A stretch of DNA of 64,000 bases. Origin: Eledone cirrhosa (lineage: Eukaryota). Positions within the stretch are counted from its first letter, which is position 1. Every line of letters starts with the position of its first letter. Where the stretch lies: positions 43,400,001 through 43,464,000 of the forward strand of contig OZ024742.1 of assembly GCA_964016885.1 (NCBI GenBank). Direction: 5' to 3'. The position numbers and the translations under genes were made by a program. This document shows, piece by piece, positions 12,880-24,800 of this stretch. Below the pieces are notes generated by a model. The model had not been told where the DNA came from, searched no databases, and worked only from the letters and a program-made list of their open reading frames with translations.

Positions 12880-12944
12880 TATTTCATTATACATATTTCA
12901 GGGATACCACATTAAATTATGGTATGCCTTCATCAGACAAAATA
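12880..12944 (-). ncRNA. Minimal type I hammerhead ribozyme (same family as 17132-17195)
   Basis: Minus: TATTTTGT-CTGATGA-AGGCATACCA..TGGTATCCCT-GAAA-TATGT-ATA-ATGAAATA; 8-bp stem I with G-U pairs, 9/10-bp stem II. Confidence 0.75.
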
Positions 12945-14589
12945 CAATATATAACAGTTTTACAAATAGCTTTGACGTACCCTTTAGAAAGCAACCATTA
13001 TTATATATATTATATATATATATATATATGTATATACATATATATATTGTTGTAATTTGGGAGGGTCATATTGCCAATAAAAACACATGCATCTGTTGGT
13101 TTTCACTTCAATTTATTACACATTTCCAGTTGGTTGGTTTAATAACCGGATGGTTGGTTGTCTATTGTCAAAGCTCTTTCGCCACACATTCCGTGACCTC
13201 CTTAGTGACTAATTTGTTATTTTGTGTCTCTCATTTCTTCTGTCCTACACCATCTTGTTTTTGTGTGTTGTTACACAAAAACAAGATGTATAATGTTATG
13301 GATGCATCATTTGATGGAACAAGAATATACCTTCGTCGGCAGGTTTTTGGTTTCGGGGTATCTAACTCGATCCTGTTACTATAAGACACTGTAGCAGGAA
13401 ATTTGTCAGTGTGACTGCATGGCTTTTCTCAAAAAGAGGAAGGTCAAATTGGCCGAACTTTTGGTGAGTAAATTCAAGGTTACTGATCTCCCAGGCAAGA
13501 AGCATGAAACATTGTGTTAAACAGTGATGGTAATGATGATGACAATGATGATGATGATGATATATATATACATATATATATCTATTTTTTTTTTCTTTTG
13601 TAACCCCACCCAACGTAGTAAATAAATACAACAAAACCAAAACAACCATGACCCTCCACCCAAAATATAATTATTCAGCTACAAAATATTTTTAATGCAA
13701 TTAATTAATTGTCTAAAACGAATCATTTAACATTATATCATACCCCTTATGGGGTCAATAAAATAAAGTACCAGTAATGTACTGGGTTAATTGCTGGCCT
13801 TGTGCCAAAAGTAGAAACAATTATATCATACCCATACTAACAAACCTAACAGTGTAAATAAAATACAAAAATTAATGTAGGTAATCTATTCTACCCCACT
13901 GTCCTAACAAAACATATTCCACTTACATGAAACATACTTTAACCTTTTAGCATTTAAACAGGCCGTATCTGGCCAGAATTCTCTCACCTCTTTCTGTTCA
14001 AACCAGCTGTAACCAGCCACTCATATCGACGTTAGGGTATTGTTCTCAAAAGATTTGATGTTATGTGAGATAATTATGTGAGGTAAAAAAGCAATACAAA
14101 TGCTAAAGGGTTAAAAATGAAAAACATTCTATTCCTACCTCAATTAAAACTTTTCTATATTAATACTACACCAACTAATTCTAACAAAAGAGAAACTCTT
14201 CATACCTCAGACCTTTCAATGAGGATCTTAGTTCATACAGTATCAGAGGCATAATGTATGAATGGATCTGTAACTCCTGATGGAGTTCTAGTGACATACA
14301 GCATGTCTTGGGCATTTTTAACCTGTTGGAGGCCATCCTGTCTCCATGTCTGGACACAGCCAATTTCTTTAAGAAAAGGAGAAGGAGCGATAGAGAGGAT
14401 GTGAGGAAAAGATATAGAGAAAGAGTTGACCCCAATACTGAACTAGAACTATTTTTATCGACCTCAAAGTGATGAAAGGCAGGATTTGAACTCAGAGAAA
14501 GAGAGCCAGAACATACTGCAAAACATTCTATCCAACATTCTAACAACTCTGCCTCTTCTTGCCTCAATGTATGTAAACATTTTTCTCAT

Positions 14590-15125
14590 ATTACAGCTAG
14601 AATTTTAGAATGTAAATAATGTGTACTCTTTGAGATCAAAAAGTTTATTTCACTGGTGCTTTTACTACCAACTGTTCTTGTACATATACTACATACATCT
14701 GCTTTTCCTGTTTTTCTGTCTTGTATCACACAGCACCTCTCATGTACCCAACATTTACATTTTGCACATCCTTTTCTGCTAACTTCTTTTTTACATATCA
14801 ACCAAATCCACTTCCTTGGTGAAATCAAGCTCCTGCTTTCTTTCCTACATACAAAAACTTAGATCGCTAACAAGTTTTCTCTAGCCCATTTGATTCTAAG
14901 TTCTGTTTCCATAGTAGGAATTTCTTCTCTAGTTCTTCCATAAATTTAGCTATAAGAACCAGATCATCAGCATATGCTAATATAGAAGTTCCTGTGGACA
15001 GCTGGTCTTAAACTCCTCTGTTATAGCTTGAAGAACTATAATAAACAGAAGATGACTGAGGATCAATCCCTAATAAACCTGTACAATGAATTCCTCACTA
15101 AGCTCATTTCCTACTCTTACTTTAC
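14590..15125 (-). mobile_element. Degenerate RTE-like RT fragment
   Basis: Minus YADDLVL at about 14955-14975 and CxxCxxWVHxRC motif in ORF 14586-14828. Confidence 0.55.
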
Positions 15126-15873
15126 TTTACTGTCAGGTAAATGAAAAACATGAGTTGCACTATTATCACAGGTGTGTATTTTTTTATATATACACTCTCA
15201 CACGTACACACTCCCACTCTCTAAAACCATATTCCAAAAATAGAATTTCTTTTACAACCCTACTGTTGCCAATCCCATAGAATTTGTCTATAGCTTACCA
15301 TTCCCCTCTTCGCCACCCCCATCTGAACTCCTGACCAGTCCTTTAACACAACTGAGATACACACATATATTTATAGAATATTTCCTTTGTCCCTAAAAAA
15401 CAATTTTGCTTTATGTGAAAAAACACACCTACCACCACTGCTGCTGCTACTATCATGACTACACACCTCTCTATATATACACAAGAGTTCATTTTCCAGT
15501 CTCCTTCTCAACAAGGAAGATGAAAAAAACTTACGCTTAACACTTAATTTTAAATCTTTAATTTTTAGTTTTTAATTCTTATTAATTCTTTTTAATTGTA
15601 ATACTCAATATTTGATAAGATGAATTTTACTAATACATCGAAACCGGTTATACTTTATATACTTTATATACATTATAAAACTCTTTTTTAAAAGAATTGT
15701 CCCTCTCATTTTTTTCAATAATGTCACTTTGACGAATCAAAGAAAGGAAAAAAAAAAAAGAAGAAAAACAGACCCTTAAATATATTTTCCGTGCTATTTC
15801 CAATTTCACCTTTTCTCTATATCCACTGTTTTGTATAGAACCTTACTTCGCTTTTCAAATATATATATATATA

Positions 15874-16783
15874 TATAAATGAGAGGTATAGAGATTGTTT
15901 TAGCAAGAAGCTAACGGCATTCTATAACATATATGTGACTATAACGTCAAGATGGGAAAAGTAGTTAACGAAAGATTTAGGAAAAATAACTCAAACTCAT
16001 CTCAAAAGAGAATCAGGATATAAATTCATCCACAGAATTTAGTAAAATCCAGGGAAAAATCTATAGACCTTTAACTCATGATAAAATAAAGTTTGAAACA
16101 CTTATCCTTCAATTTGGAATAACATCAAATGCTCTGTATAGTCTTAAAAGACTATTTCATGAAAACTTTCAGTGGAGATGGTCACGGTTGGAATTTCAAT
16201 CATCAGCAGAGCTCAACAGAAAACCAGGGCTCTCACAGTAATATAATCCGAAAAAGGGAATTCTAAAACTGGCTAGTTCGCCTTCATGTGTATTTATGAA
16301 AAAGCACATGAGGAAAAAACGGGGCTAGTGACGTCAGGATGGAAGTGAATGTTTATTTACAAGAAATAGCAGTCAAATACATTCTGAAAAAAAACTCTAC
16401 AAAGGAGTTCAGCAAAATAGCAATAATTATCACAGTTTTTATGAAAAAAACCGGGATTAGTCACAGATAGTTTAAGCACTCTAGGAAAAGAATCCGAGTA
16501 TAAATATAAATGAGAGGTATAGAGATTGTTTTAGCAAGAAGCTAACGGCATTCTATAACATATATGCGACTATAACGTCAAGATGGGAAAAGTAGTTAAC
16601 GAAAGATTTAGGAAAAATAACTCAAACTCATCTCAAAAGAGAATCAGGATATAAATTCATCCACAGAATTTAGTAAAATCCAGGGAAAAATCTATAGACC
16701 TTTAACTCATGATAAAATAAAGTTTGAAACACTTATCCTTCAATTTGGAATAACATCAAATGCTCTGTATAGTCTTAAAAGAC

Positions 16784-16791
<8 letters not shown>
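15874..16791 (-). mobile_element. Retrozyme-like partial tandem (631-nt monomer, about 1.45 units) between (TA)n tracts
   Basis: About 285-bp direct repeat 15874-16160 = 16505-16791 (one mismatch seen), period 631; contains a hammerhead; no ORF. Confidence 0.7.
16131..16212 (-). ncRNA. Type I hammerhead ribozyme with full stems I and III
   Basis: Minus: GCTCTG-CTGATGA-TTGAAA..TTTCAT-GAA-ATAGTC-TTTTAA-GACTAT-A|CAGAGC; 6-bp stem I, 6-bp stem III, AUA cleavage site; U-U at first stem II pair. Confidence 0.85.
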
Positions 16792-16822
<31 letters not shown>

Positions 16823-16901
16823 CAAAAGGGATATTCAATTTGTAATTCAACAGTTTATAACTGATTCAGAGCACTCGACAAGTTTTCTGGAGTATAATAT
16901 T

Positions 16902-17229
16902 CAATGATATTAAATAAATGGAAACTATATTTATAAAACCATATTTATTCTATTATATATATTTTAAGGGTACCAAAACTTTGGTACACTCTTATCGGAT
17001 AAAATACAAAGTTTGTTTTATAAATATTGACATAACCAAGAAAAGATACCTTAACGGTTCAAGTTTTTCTTGGATTTGAACTGTGAAGGTATCTTTTCTT
17101 GGTTATGTCAATATTTATAAAACAAACTTTGTATATTATCTGATGAGAGTGTACCAAAGTTTTGGTGGTACCCTTGAAATATATATAATAGAATAAATAT
17201 GGTTTTTTAAATATAGTTTCCATTTATTT
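16902..17229. repeat. Long inverted repeat (about 160-bp arms) of a hammerhead-bearing element
   Basis: 16902-17062 is the near-perfect reverse complement of 17076-17229; short spacer; between (TA)n tracts. Confidence 0.9.
17132..17195 (+). ncRNA. Minimal type I hammerhead ribozyme
   Basis: TATATTAT-CTGATGA-GAGTGTACCA..TGGTACCCTT-GAAA-TATAT-ATA-ATAGAATA; palindromic stem III; compensatory changes relative to the 12880 copy. Confidence 0.75.
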
Positions 17230-17254
17230 AATATCATTGTATATATATATATAC

Positions 17255-17362
<108 letters not shown>

Positions 17363-17407
17363 GTATATATATATATATACACACATATATACACACACAC
17401 ATACACA

Positions 17408-18306
17408 CATGATAGTTGCTGAAATGTTCATAGGCTGTCTATGAAGGAATACTGCTGAAGCTGTGAAATCTTGCATTCATTAATTTCAACTCCTCTTATT
17501 AATAACTGCATTGCTTCTCTCCAGGTAAACTGATACTTGACTGTTCAAACAAGACTTCAAAAGTAACTTCAAAAGTGACTTCTCTTGAAAATGGACAAAA
17601 TTGGCATCATGGTGTTATCAAGTACCTGTAGAAAAAGGGCTTAGCCCCCAAAGACATTCAGGCTGACAGGGTTGCTACATTAAGGGATGACACTCCAGTC
17701 TTATCAACAGTGCAAAAGTGGGCAGCTAAATTTAGGAGGGGAAAGGAGGGTCTTGAAGATGGCCCAAAGTTTGGATGTCCTGCAACAAACCCCACCGAGG
17801 AAAACATTGATCATGTTCACCACATGGTGACAGGTGATTGACTACTAATCAAATAGCTAATGCTATTAGCATATCTCATGAAAGAGTTGATAATATTCCA
17901 CACAATGAACTTGGCATGACGAAGGTTTCTGCTCTGGTTGCCACGTCATCTGACACCTGATGAAACGTGCACCAGGCTGATCACAACAGGGAAAAATCTG
18001 ACATTGTTTGAGAAAGATTCAGCTGGTTTCCTTGAACGTTTCATAACCCACGATGAGTGTTGGGTTCATTACTTTGAGCCAAAAACAAAGAGACAATCTA
18101 TGCAGTGGACCCCCCCCCCCCCGCCCCTCACCTGTTCCCCTCATCTGCAGGGAAGGTGTTGGCTTCAGTTTTAGGATGCAAAAGGCCTTATATTTATTGA
18201 CTATCTTCTAAAGGGCTACACTGTCAATGGAGAGTGTTATGCCAACTTGTTGAGGCAGTTTAAAAAAGCTATCAAAACCAAACACGCAAGGAAACTGATG
18301 AAAGGC
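17408..18306 (+). mobile_element. Mariner transposon remnant (transposase pseudogene from 17591, 3'-truncated)
   Basis: HTH region ..STVQKWAAKFRRGKEGLEDGP; WLPRHLT (WVPHEL-like); RFITHDECWVHYFEPKTKRQSMQW containing the first catalytic Asp. Confidence 0.88.
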
Positions 18307-18554
18307 CGACAAGATGAAGTGGGCCACTAACTCCTATATTGACGACATCCTAGTGGACGAATCTGTGGTGTCGGCGACGGAGGTCACGAGCCATTTACAG
18401 GAGTATGGACTGGCTGCGAAGCCGTCAGAAGCGTTGGAGGGAGGAGCCGCGCTGGGACTTAGGCTACGGCGAGACAGGACGAGCGTCTTGGTATTCCAGA
18501 GGGGAAATGAAGTTCCAGAACTGGGTCCACGTATGAGTAGGCGGGAGCTTTTCT
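18300..18554 (+). mobile_element. Isolated internal RT fragment of the same Gypsy family as 20880-25072
   Basis: Nearly identical to 22953-23205 (NSYIDDILVDESVVSA..). Confidence 0.92.
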
Positions 18555-20879
18555 AAATGTGGAAGCAGTACACCATTATGGGTTTCACTTTAACTTTGTA
18601 GAGGGTCATTATCAGGCAAAACTTATGATCAATGATACCCTTCCAGCCAAGCTCATCCTGTCTTTTATTCGGCTATACTGTATTTACATTATCCTATGCA
18701 GTTGCATCATAAACAATTATGTGTAAGGTGTGAAGTCATTCTGGGCTGAATAGATAGGTTGGGGAACTAAACAACCATTGTTGGTTAGCCACCACTCACA
18801 TCTTTCTTGATTGAGCAAAGTATTACAGCTATAGACACCTCATATGTTTGTATATCTAGGAGTACATTGTACAATGTATTCAATATGTTCTTTCTTCTTT
18901 GAGATGGTAAGGTGTAATTTGTGGAAGTTTTGGCTGCTATTTCTAGCAGGTCAAATGTGATCTCATAGCGGCTCACTTGTTGGCTTAACCAAATGATGTG
19001 ATGATGTCAGGTTAGCTGCTAGTTATGTGTTATATCCACATCCACGGGTAGAAGAAAGGTATCTTCAAATCAGAGACCTGGTTTGAATGCTTGTAACAGA
19101 TTGCACTCTGCTAAAGGCACCCATGAGTAAGGTGATGGTATTGAACTAGGTGACAGATTGAGTTTACTATCTAAGTGTCAGGTGATGGTGTTGAACCAGG
19201 CTACAGGTTAAGTCTACCATCTAAATGGGTTGCAGAGGGATTTGATGTTATAACACAAAGAACCAAAACAAGTATTGCAGGGCATCACATCTAACATTCT
19301 AACAATTCCACCAATCCACCAACCTAGACCGGTTCTTTATTTTATCAACCCCCAAAAAGATAAAAAGCAATATTAACATTGGCAGAATTTGAACTCAGAA
19401 TGTAGAAAGCTAGAACAAATATGCAAGGCATTTTTCCTGTACTCTAACGACTCTAATAACACTGCATGATAAAATGAAAAAAAAGGTTTCTTTAGCAAGA
19501 GATAATTTAGGGTGGTTTTAACTAATTGTAGGGTGCTCTTTCTGAATATGAAGTCAGTTTTTCTCCACCACATTCAGATTTTGATTGACAAGATACCAAC
19601 TATATACCAAATTTACAGAAATGTAATGTAGCATGCATTATGTCATGTGATCCTATTTGTCTTTTAAGTATGTCTTTGATCGTTCTTTTTGTAACAACCT
19701 TTAATGAGTGAGCTGTAAAAGTAGATATAATGCATATTAGGTTATATCTATTTTTTAGAACACTTTAATTTAAATGCATGTTTTGGATGTTATTGTGACT
19801 TGAATCAAATTGGTAGTTTCCCTGTTCACTGTGGACTGCTGATTTTATTTCCCCACTTCAATTTGCTTCAATTTGCATGGCTTCAAGCCACGTTTCTTGC
19901 AATGACCCAGATAGATCACTTTTGCTACATCCGTGGGGAATATGTATTCAAGGACTGTAGGAGAAACATCATGACACTCATACAAGCATGATACAAGGAT
20001 TACTTCAAAATGAAATTCGGAGACTAAGATAAATATTTTGCTCCATAAGGCACATGGCTTAGTGGTTAGAGCATTGGCCTTGCAATCGAAAGGTTGTGAG
20101 TTCAATTCTCAGACTGGGTGATGTGTTGTTTCCTTGAGCAAGACACTTTATTTCACATTGCTCCAGTTTACTCAGCTGTAGAAATGAGATGATAGGGACT
20201 GAGGTCCATATCATTCCACTGCAAAGTGGTCGTGGAGGTGCTACGGCAAAAAAAGCACCCAGCACTCACTGTAAATGAGGTTGGTGTTAGGAAGGGCATC
20301 CAGCTGTAGAAATCAAGCCAGAATCAGTTCCCGTCCCACCCTTGCAAGCAGGGAAAAGTGGACGTAAAATGAAATGATGAATGATGATGTTGTATAAAAT
20401 GGTTACAATGATCAGCTATCCTTGTGGTGCATTGGCATGCTTTGGTATGGTGAGAACAAAGCAATAATTCTACTGATTGCTACTTTTGTATTACTAATGT
20501 TGAGGAGTTCAATAAGAAAACTGCAAAGTATATCAAGTATCCTAATTTGCCATCTACCATAAGACCACAACCATATGAAGATGAAATTCCTCCTGTGCCA
20601 AGCAATCAACCATTGAGTAAGTCAGATGAAGATTCCAGTGATGAAATTGGATGTGAAGACCAAATGGATGACAAGGATTTTGAAATTCTTCATTCATGAA
20701 CAACTGAATCATTTTGTTCAAAATTTAGGACTTTCTAAGAATGATACCTAGTTGGAACAATTCTCAGAGAATTTGGTGTCTTAGCCCGAGGAAATAAAAC
20801 AATAGTGTACAGGTACCAAGAGAAGAAATTTGTCAAATTTTTCAACTCACATGATGAACTTGGTTTGGTTTATTACAAG

Positions 20880-21151
20880 TGTGGGTATGATGTGGTGTGC
20901 GGTGGCCGGAAGCTGGGGAGTGCTCGACCGGAAGAGTACTTGGCCGGAAGGGTGCTTGGCCGGAAGGGTGCTTGGCCGGAAGGGCCAGCAGGTCGGCCTC
21001 TCTCTGGTGGTGATCTGGAATGTGGTGGACGCGAGTTTTGCAGCTCCGAGTTAACGAGTTGGATTGGACGCACGTGGAAGAGGAGAAACAAGCCATGGGA
21101 TTTAGCGGCGCCTATGAAAAGCGGTAAGTGAGATAGCTTTTTCTAACCACA
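20880..21151 (+). repeat. 5' LTR
   Basis: Matches 24801-25072 with 9 substitutions counted by eye; five CCGGAAG motifs. Confidence 0.95.
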
Positions 21152-21294
21152 AGCTATTTCGGCACTGGAAACTGAGATCTGATAAAAAAAAAAAAAAATA
21201 TAAAAAAAAAAGAACTTTCTCAAAAAAAAAGCTACTGGAAAAACAGAGAGGAGTCTGTTATTTTTTTATTACATAACACAAGACAAATTAGGAT

Positions 21295-22046
21295 ATGGCG
21301 ATGAGACTACGAACAAGCGAAGTGATTAGGGCATTTACCAGTGAAGGTGATGTTGTCGTTTGGCTGCGAAAAGTCCGGCTGGTCGCAAGTTTACAGAAGA
21401 TAGAAGATGTGGCTGGCCTCATGGCACTGTACCTCAAGGGGGACGCATTGGTGCTCTTCCTTGAAATGGATGAACACAGCCAAAGGGATGCACAAAAGAT
21501 TGAGAGGCACATGATGGAAGCGTTCGTGGAGGGACCGTTAGCCACTTTTGCTAAGCTGGCGAGAATTAGATAGAACGGTGAACGCGTTGACACTTTTGCA
21601 GCGGAAATACGCCGATTGGCCATGTTGGCTGGATATCAGGTGGAATGCGAACGCACGGTGCGGTTGGCGCTCATAAATGGATTTCCAGATGACATAGCGG
21701 TGAAACTGCAGCAAGTCCCGGGTTACAAGGAAATGGAGATGCGTGTACTGGTGGAGCAAGCCCGCATCATAGCAGAAGATGCCAAGAAGAGTGTCGCGGC
21801 GATAGTAATTACAGAGGCCCAAGGCAGCTGGCAGCGAAATGGTGAAAGGGAGGCAACCACGGCACATGGTCGCCCGCAAACGTTTAAAGGCCGCACATGG
21901 CAAGAGACTGTAGAGAGTCAAGGCCGGAAATAATATGCTACCGGTGTAAGCGACCAGGCCACATCGCTACTAACTGTGGCCAGGGAAACGATCCAAGGGG
22001 AACTACTGCGCCAGTAGTTGCCCCTTACGAGTGGAAGTTTTCGTGA
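21295..22046 (+). pseudogene. gag: gag (in-frame stop at 21571 and a frameshift) with CCHC zinc knuckle
   Basis: ORFs 21295-21573 and 21616-21933; CYRCKRPGHIATNC at 21936-21977. Confidence 0.85.
21983..22025 (+). promoter_or_regulatory. -1 programmed ribosomal frameshift signal (gag-pol)
   Basis: In-frame slippery G_GGA_AAC, 6-nt spacer, hairpin AGGGGAACTACTG-CGC-CAGTAGTTGCCCCT; the -1 frame is open into the protease ORF. Confidence 0.8.
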
Positions 22047-24787
22047 GGGGAAAGCCACAGCGAGCCCTCGTGGACACGGGCTGTACGACGACACTGGTGA
22101 CCGCGGGGGTGGCGCAGAGGTGGAGAGGGAAGAGCAGCGTAAGGGCAGTCGATGGTAGGAAAATTGAATACCGAGGTTGCAGCGAGGTGGAGATGGCGGT
22201 ACGGGGAAGGAAAATAAGGCTTTCTGCCATCGTAGTCGACAACGTGGTGGATGGGATCGGCGTGGTTATGGGCATGGACGCAATTGGCCGTCTAGGAGGC
22301 GTCACAGTGAACAACTTCGGTGTGTCGTTTGGCGGCGCTGCATCGGTATGTGCTGTGAGTACGCGACAGGAGAACCAGAAGGCCCACGAGGAGAAATACC
22401 CTGCTTACACTGTGCAGGACAAAGACTTCAAGGCAGTGTTCGATGGGCAGCGATCGGTTGTTGAGTGGTACTGGAAGGGAGAACCACCAACACTGAAGAC
22501 CAAAGTGGGCTGCTATCAACACACATTGAAGGGAAACATTAGGAGCGAGTTCGAGCGAGAGGTAGAGAGATGGATTGAGGAGGGCATACTGCTTCCCTGG
22601 AAAGAGGAGGTGAAGTGCGGAGTATTCCGTTAATGGCGGTCGCGCAACCCACGAAGAACAAGGTGAGGCCGGTACTGGACTTTCGGGAGCTGAACGAGCA
22701 CGTGTCATGTCACACGGGTGGTGAGGTCACAGATGTCTGTGGGAAAACCCAGCGTGAGTGGAGACGCATGACGGGGGGGTTCCGCAATCGTAGATCTAAA
22801 GTCGGCATACTTGCAATTGCATATAGATGAGAAGCTCTGGCAGTATCAGCTGGTCAGGTATAAGGGCCGGACATATTGCCTGACCAGGCTCAGTTTCGGG
22901 CTGGGCTCCGCACCGAAGACCATGGCGGCGGTCCTCATCAAGACCATTCTGGGAAAGGCCAACAAGATGAAGAGGGCCACTAATTCCTACATTGACGACA
23001 TCCTAGTGGACGAGTCTGTAGTGTCAGCGGTGGAGGTCACGAGCCATTTACAGGGGTATGGACTGGCTGCGAAGCCGTCAGAAGCGTTGGAGGGAGGAGC
23101 CGCGCTGGGACTTAGGCTACGGCGAGAGGACGAGCGTCTTAGTATTCCAGAGGGGAAATGAAGTTCCAGAACTGGGTCCACGTATGAGTAGGCGGGAGCT
23201 TTTCTCGGTGCGTTGAAAGTTGGTGGGTCACTACCCGATTGCTGGGTAGCTCCGGACGGCATGCAGCTATGTCAAGAGACGAGCGGGAGGGGTGACTTGG
23301 AGTGACAGAGTGGGAGAGAGGACGGTGGCCATGATGCAGGAGATTGTGGGGAGGGTGAAGGCCGACGACCCAGTGCGGGGACGCTGGCATGTTCCCAAAT
23401 CACAGAGCGGGACCGTATGGTGCGATGCCAGTAGCATAGCGCTGGGTGTCACGTTGGAGATAGGAGGTGCTGAGGTCGAGGCTGCAGCCTGGCCGAGCTG
23501 GACTCAGTGTTGAGAGGGGTGAACCTCGGCCTGAAGTGGGGACTGTGCACCATCGAGATATGCACCGACTCGGCTACTGTACTCGGATGGGTGAGATCAG
23601 TGCTCACCAGTGAGAAGAGAGTGCAAACGAGAGGGGCGGCGGAGATGCTGATAAAGCGCCGCCTGGGAACTTTAGGAGAGCTGGCCACTGAGTTCGACCT
23701 GAGGCTGAGTGTAGTTTTCATGCCCTCAGAGAAAAATAGGGCGGACGTCTTAACCAGGGTGAAGAAAGCCTGGATGGAAGTGCCGGAGGATGTGGAAGAG
23801 GAGATAGCTGCCATGTGTCGGCTGACTGAGTCGGATCTGAAAGGGTTGCACCCCATGCACCACATGGGAGTGGATAGGAGCCTGTTCCTAGCCAGGAGAA
23901 TCAACTCAGACGTTAACAGACACAGTGTTCAAAGAGTGGTTAGAGGCTGCGTCCGATGTCAGTCCATTGATCCCGCCCAGGGTGTACACGAAACGGGAAG
24001 CCTCCCGGTGGATCGCGACTGGAAGTGATTGGCAATGGATGTAACGCACTACCGACAGGGAACGTACCTCTCGATGGTCGACTGTGGACCGGGACGGATG
24101 GCGATATGGAGGGAGATGAAGACTGGAACGGCCGAGGAAATCATGCGGACATTGAGAGAGGTGTTCTTGGAGTGGGGCTATGTGGACGAACTGCTGATGG
24201 ACAACAGCGCAGCATTCCGCTTGGAGGCGCTGAGGGAGATGCTCGATGGATGGAAGGTGGACCGTTTCTTCAGAGCAGCGTACAGGCCGAGCGGAAATGG
24301 AATCGTGTAGTGACACCACCGGACGATCAAAGCAATGGCGGAGTGGGGCCACATCTCACTAATGGAGGTGGTGTTCTGGTACAACATGTCCCCTCGGGTG
24401 GGACAGGTTGAGGGATTGGTGCCACACAGAGCAGTATTCAAATACGAGTGGTGGCACCCGTGCACGCCACCACAACGGCCAGTGGGGAGAGAGAATGCAT
24501 TTGTACAGGTGGGCGAAGAAGCCTGGGTTAAGCCCCCAGATGCATGTTGCACATCTCAATGGGGAAGGAGATCGGTGACGGCCGTATATTCCCAGAACAA
24601 TGTGTCCGTGGACGGAGTACCACGTCATGTCCTGGATGTCCATAGAATCACTGTGTCAACGGACTCCGAGGAAGAGGAAACTCAAAGTGCCGCCCCAACA
24701 CTGCGGAGATCGCAAAGAAGTTGCAAACCACCAAGCTGGACAGCAGACTTTCATATGCAGAAGGACGAGGGGGAAATTGATCCTTGA
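21989..24787 (+). pseudogene. pol: pol: aspartic protease, RT, RNase H and integrase (several frameshifts and stops)
   Basis: ALVDTGC; RPVLDFRELN; YIDD; WCDAS; CTDS; HH..CVRC; MDVT..MDNSAAF..GNGIV. Confidence 0.9.
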
Positions 24788-24800
24788 GATCAGGGGGGCA

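Noticed and set aside
13251-13470. 16-bp-arm hairpin at 13251-13288 and GGTCAAATTGGCCGAAC motif
   Set aside because: No intact hammerhead core and no other support for a function
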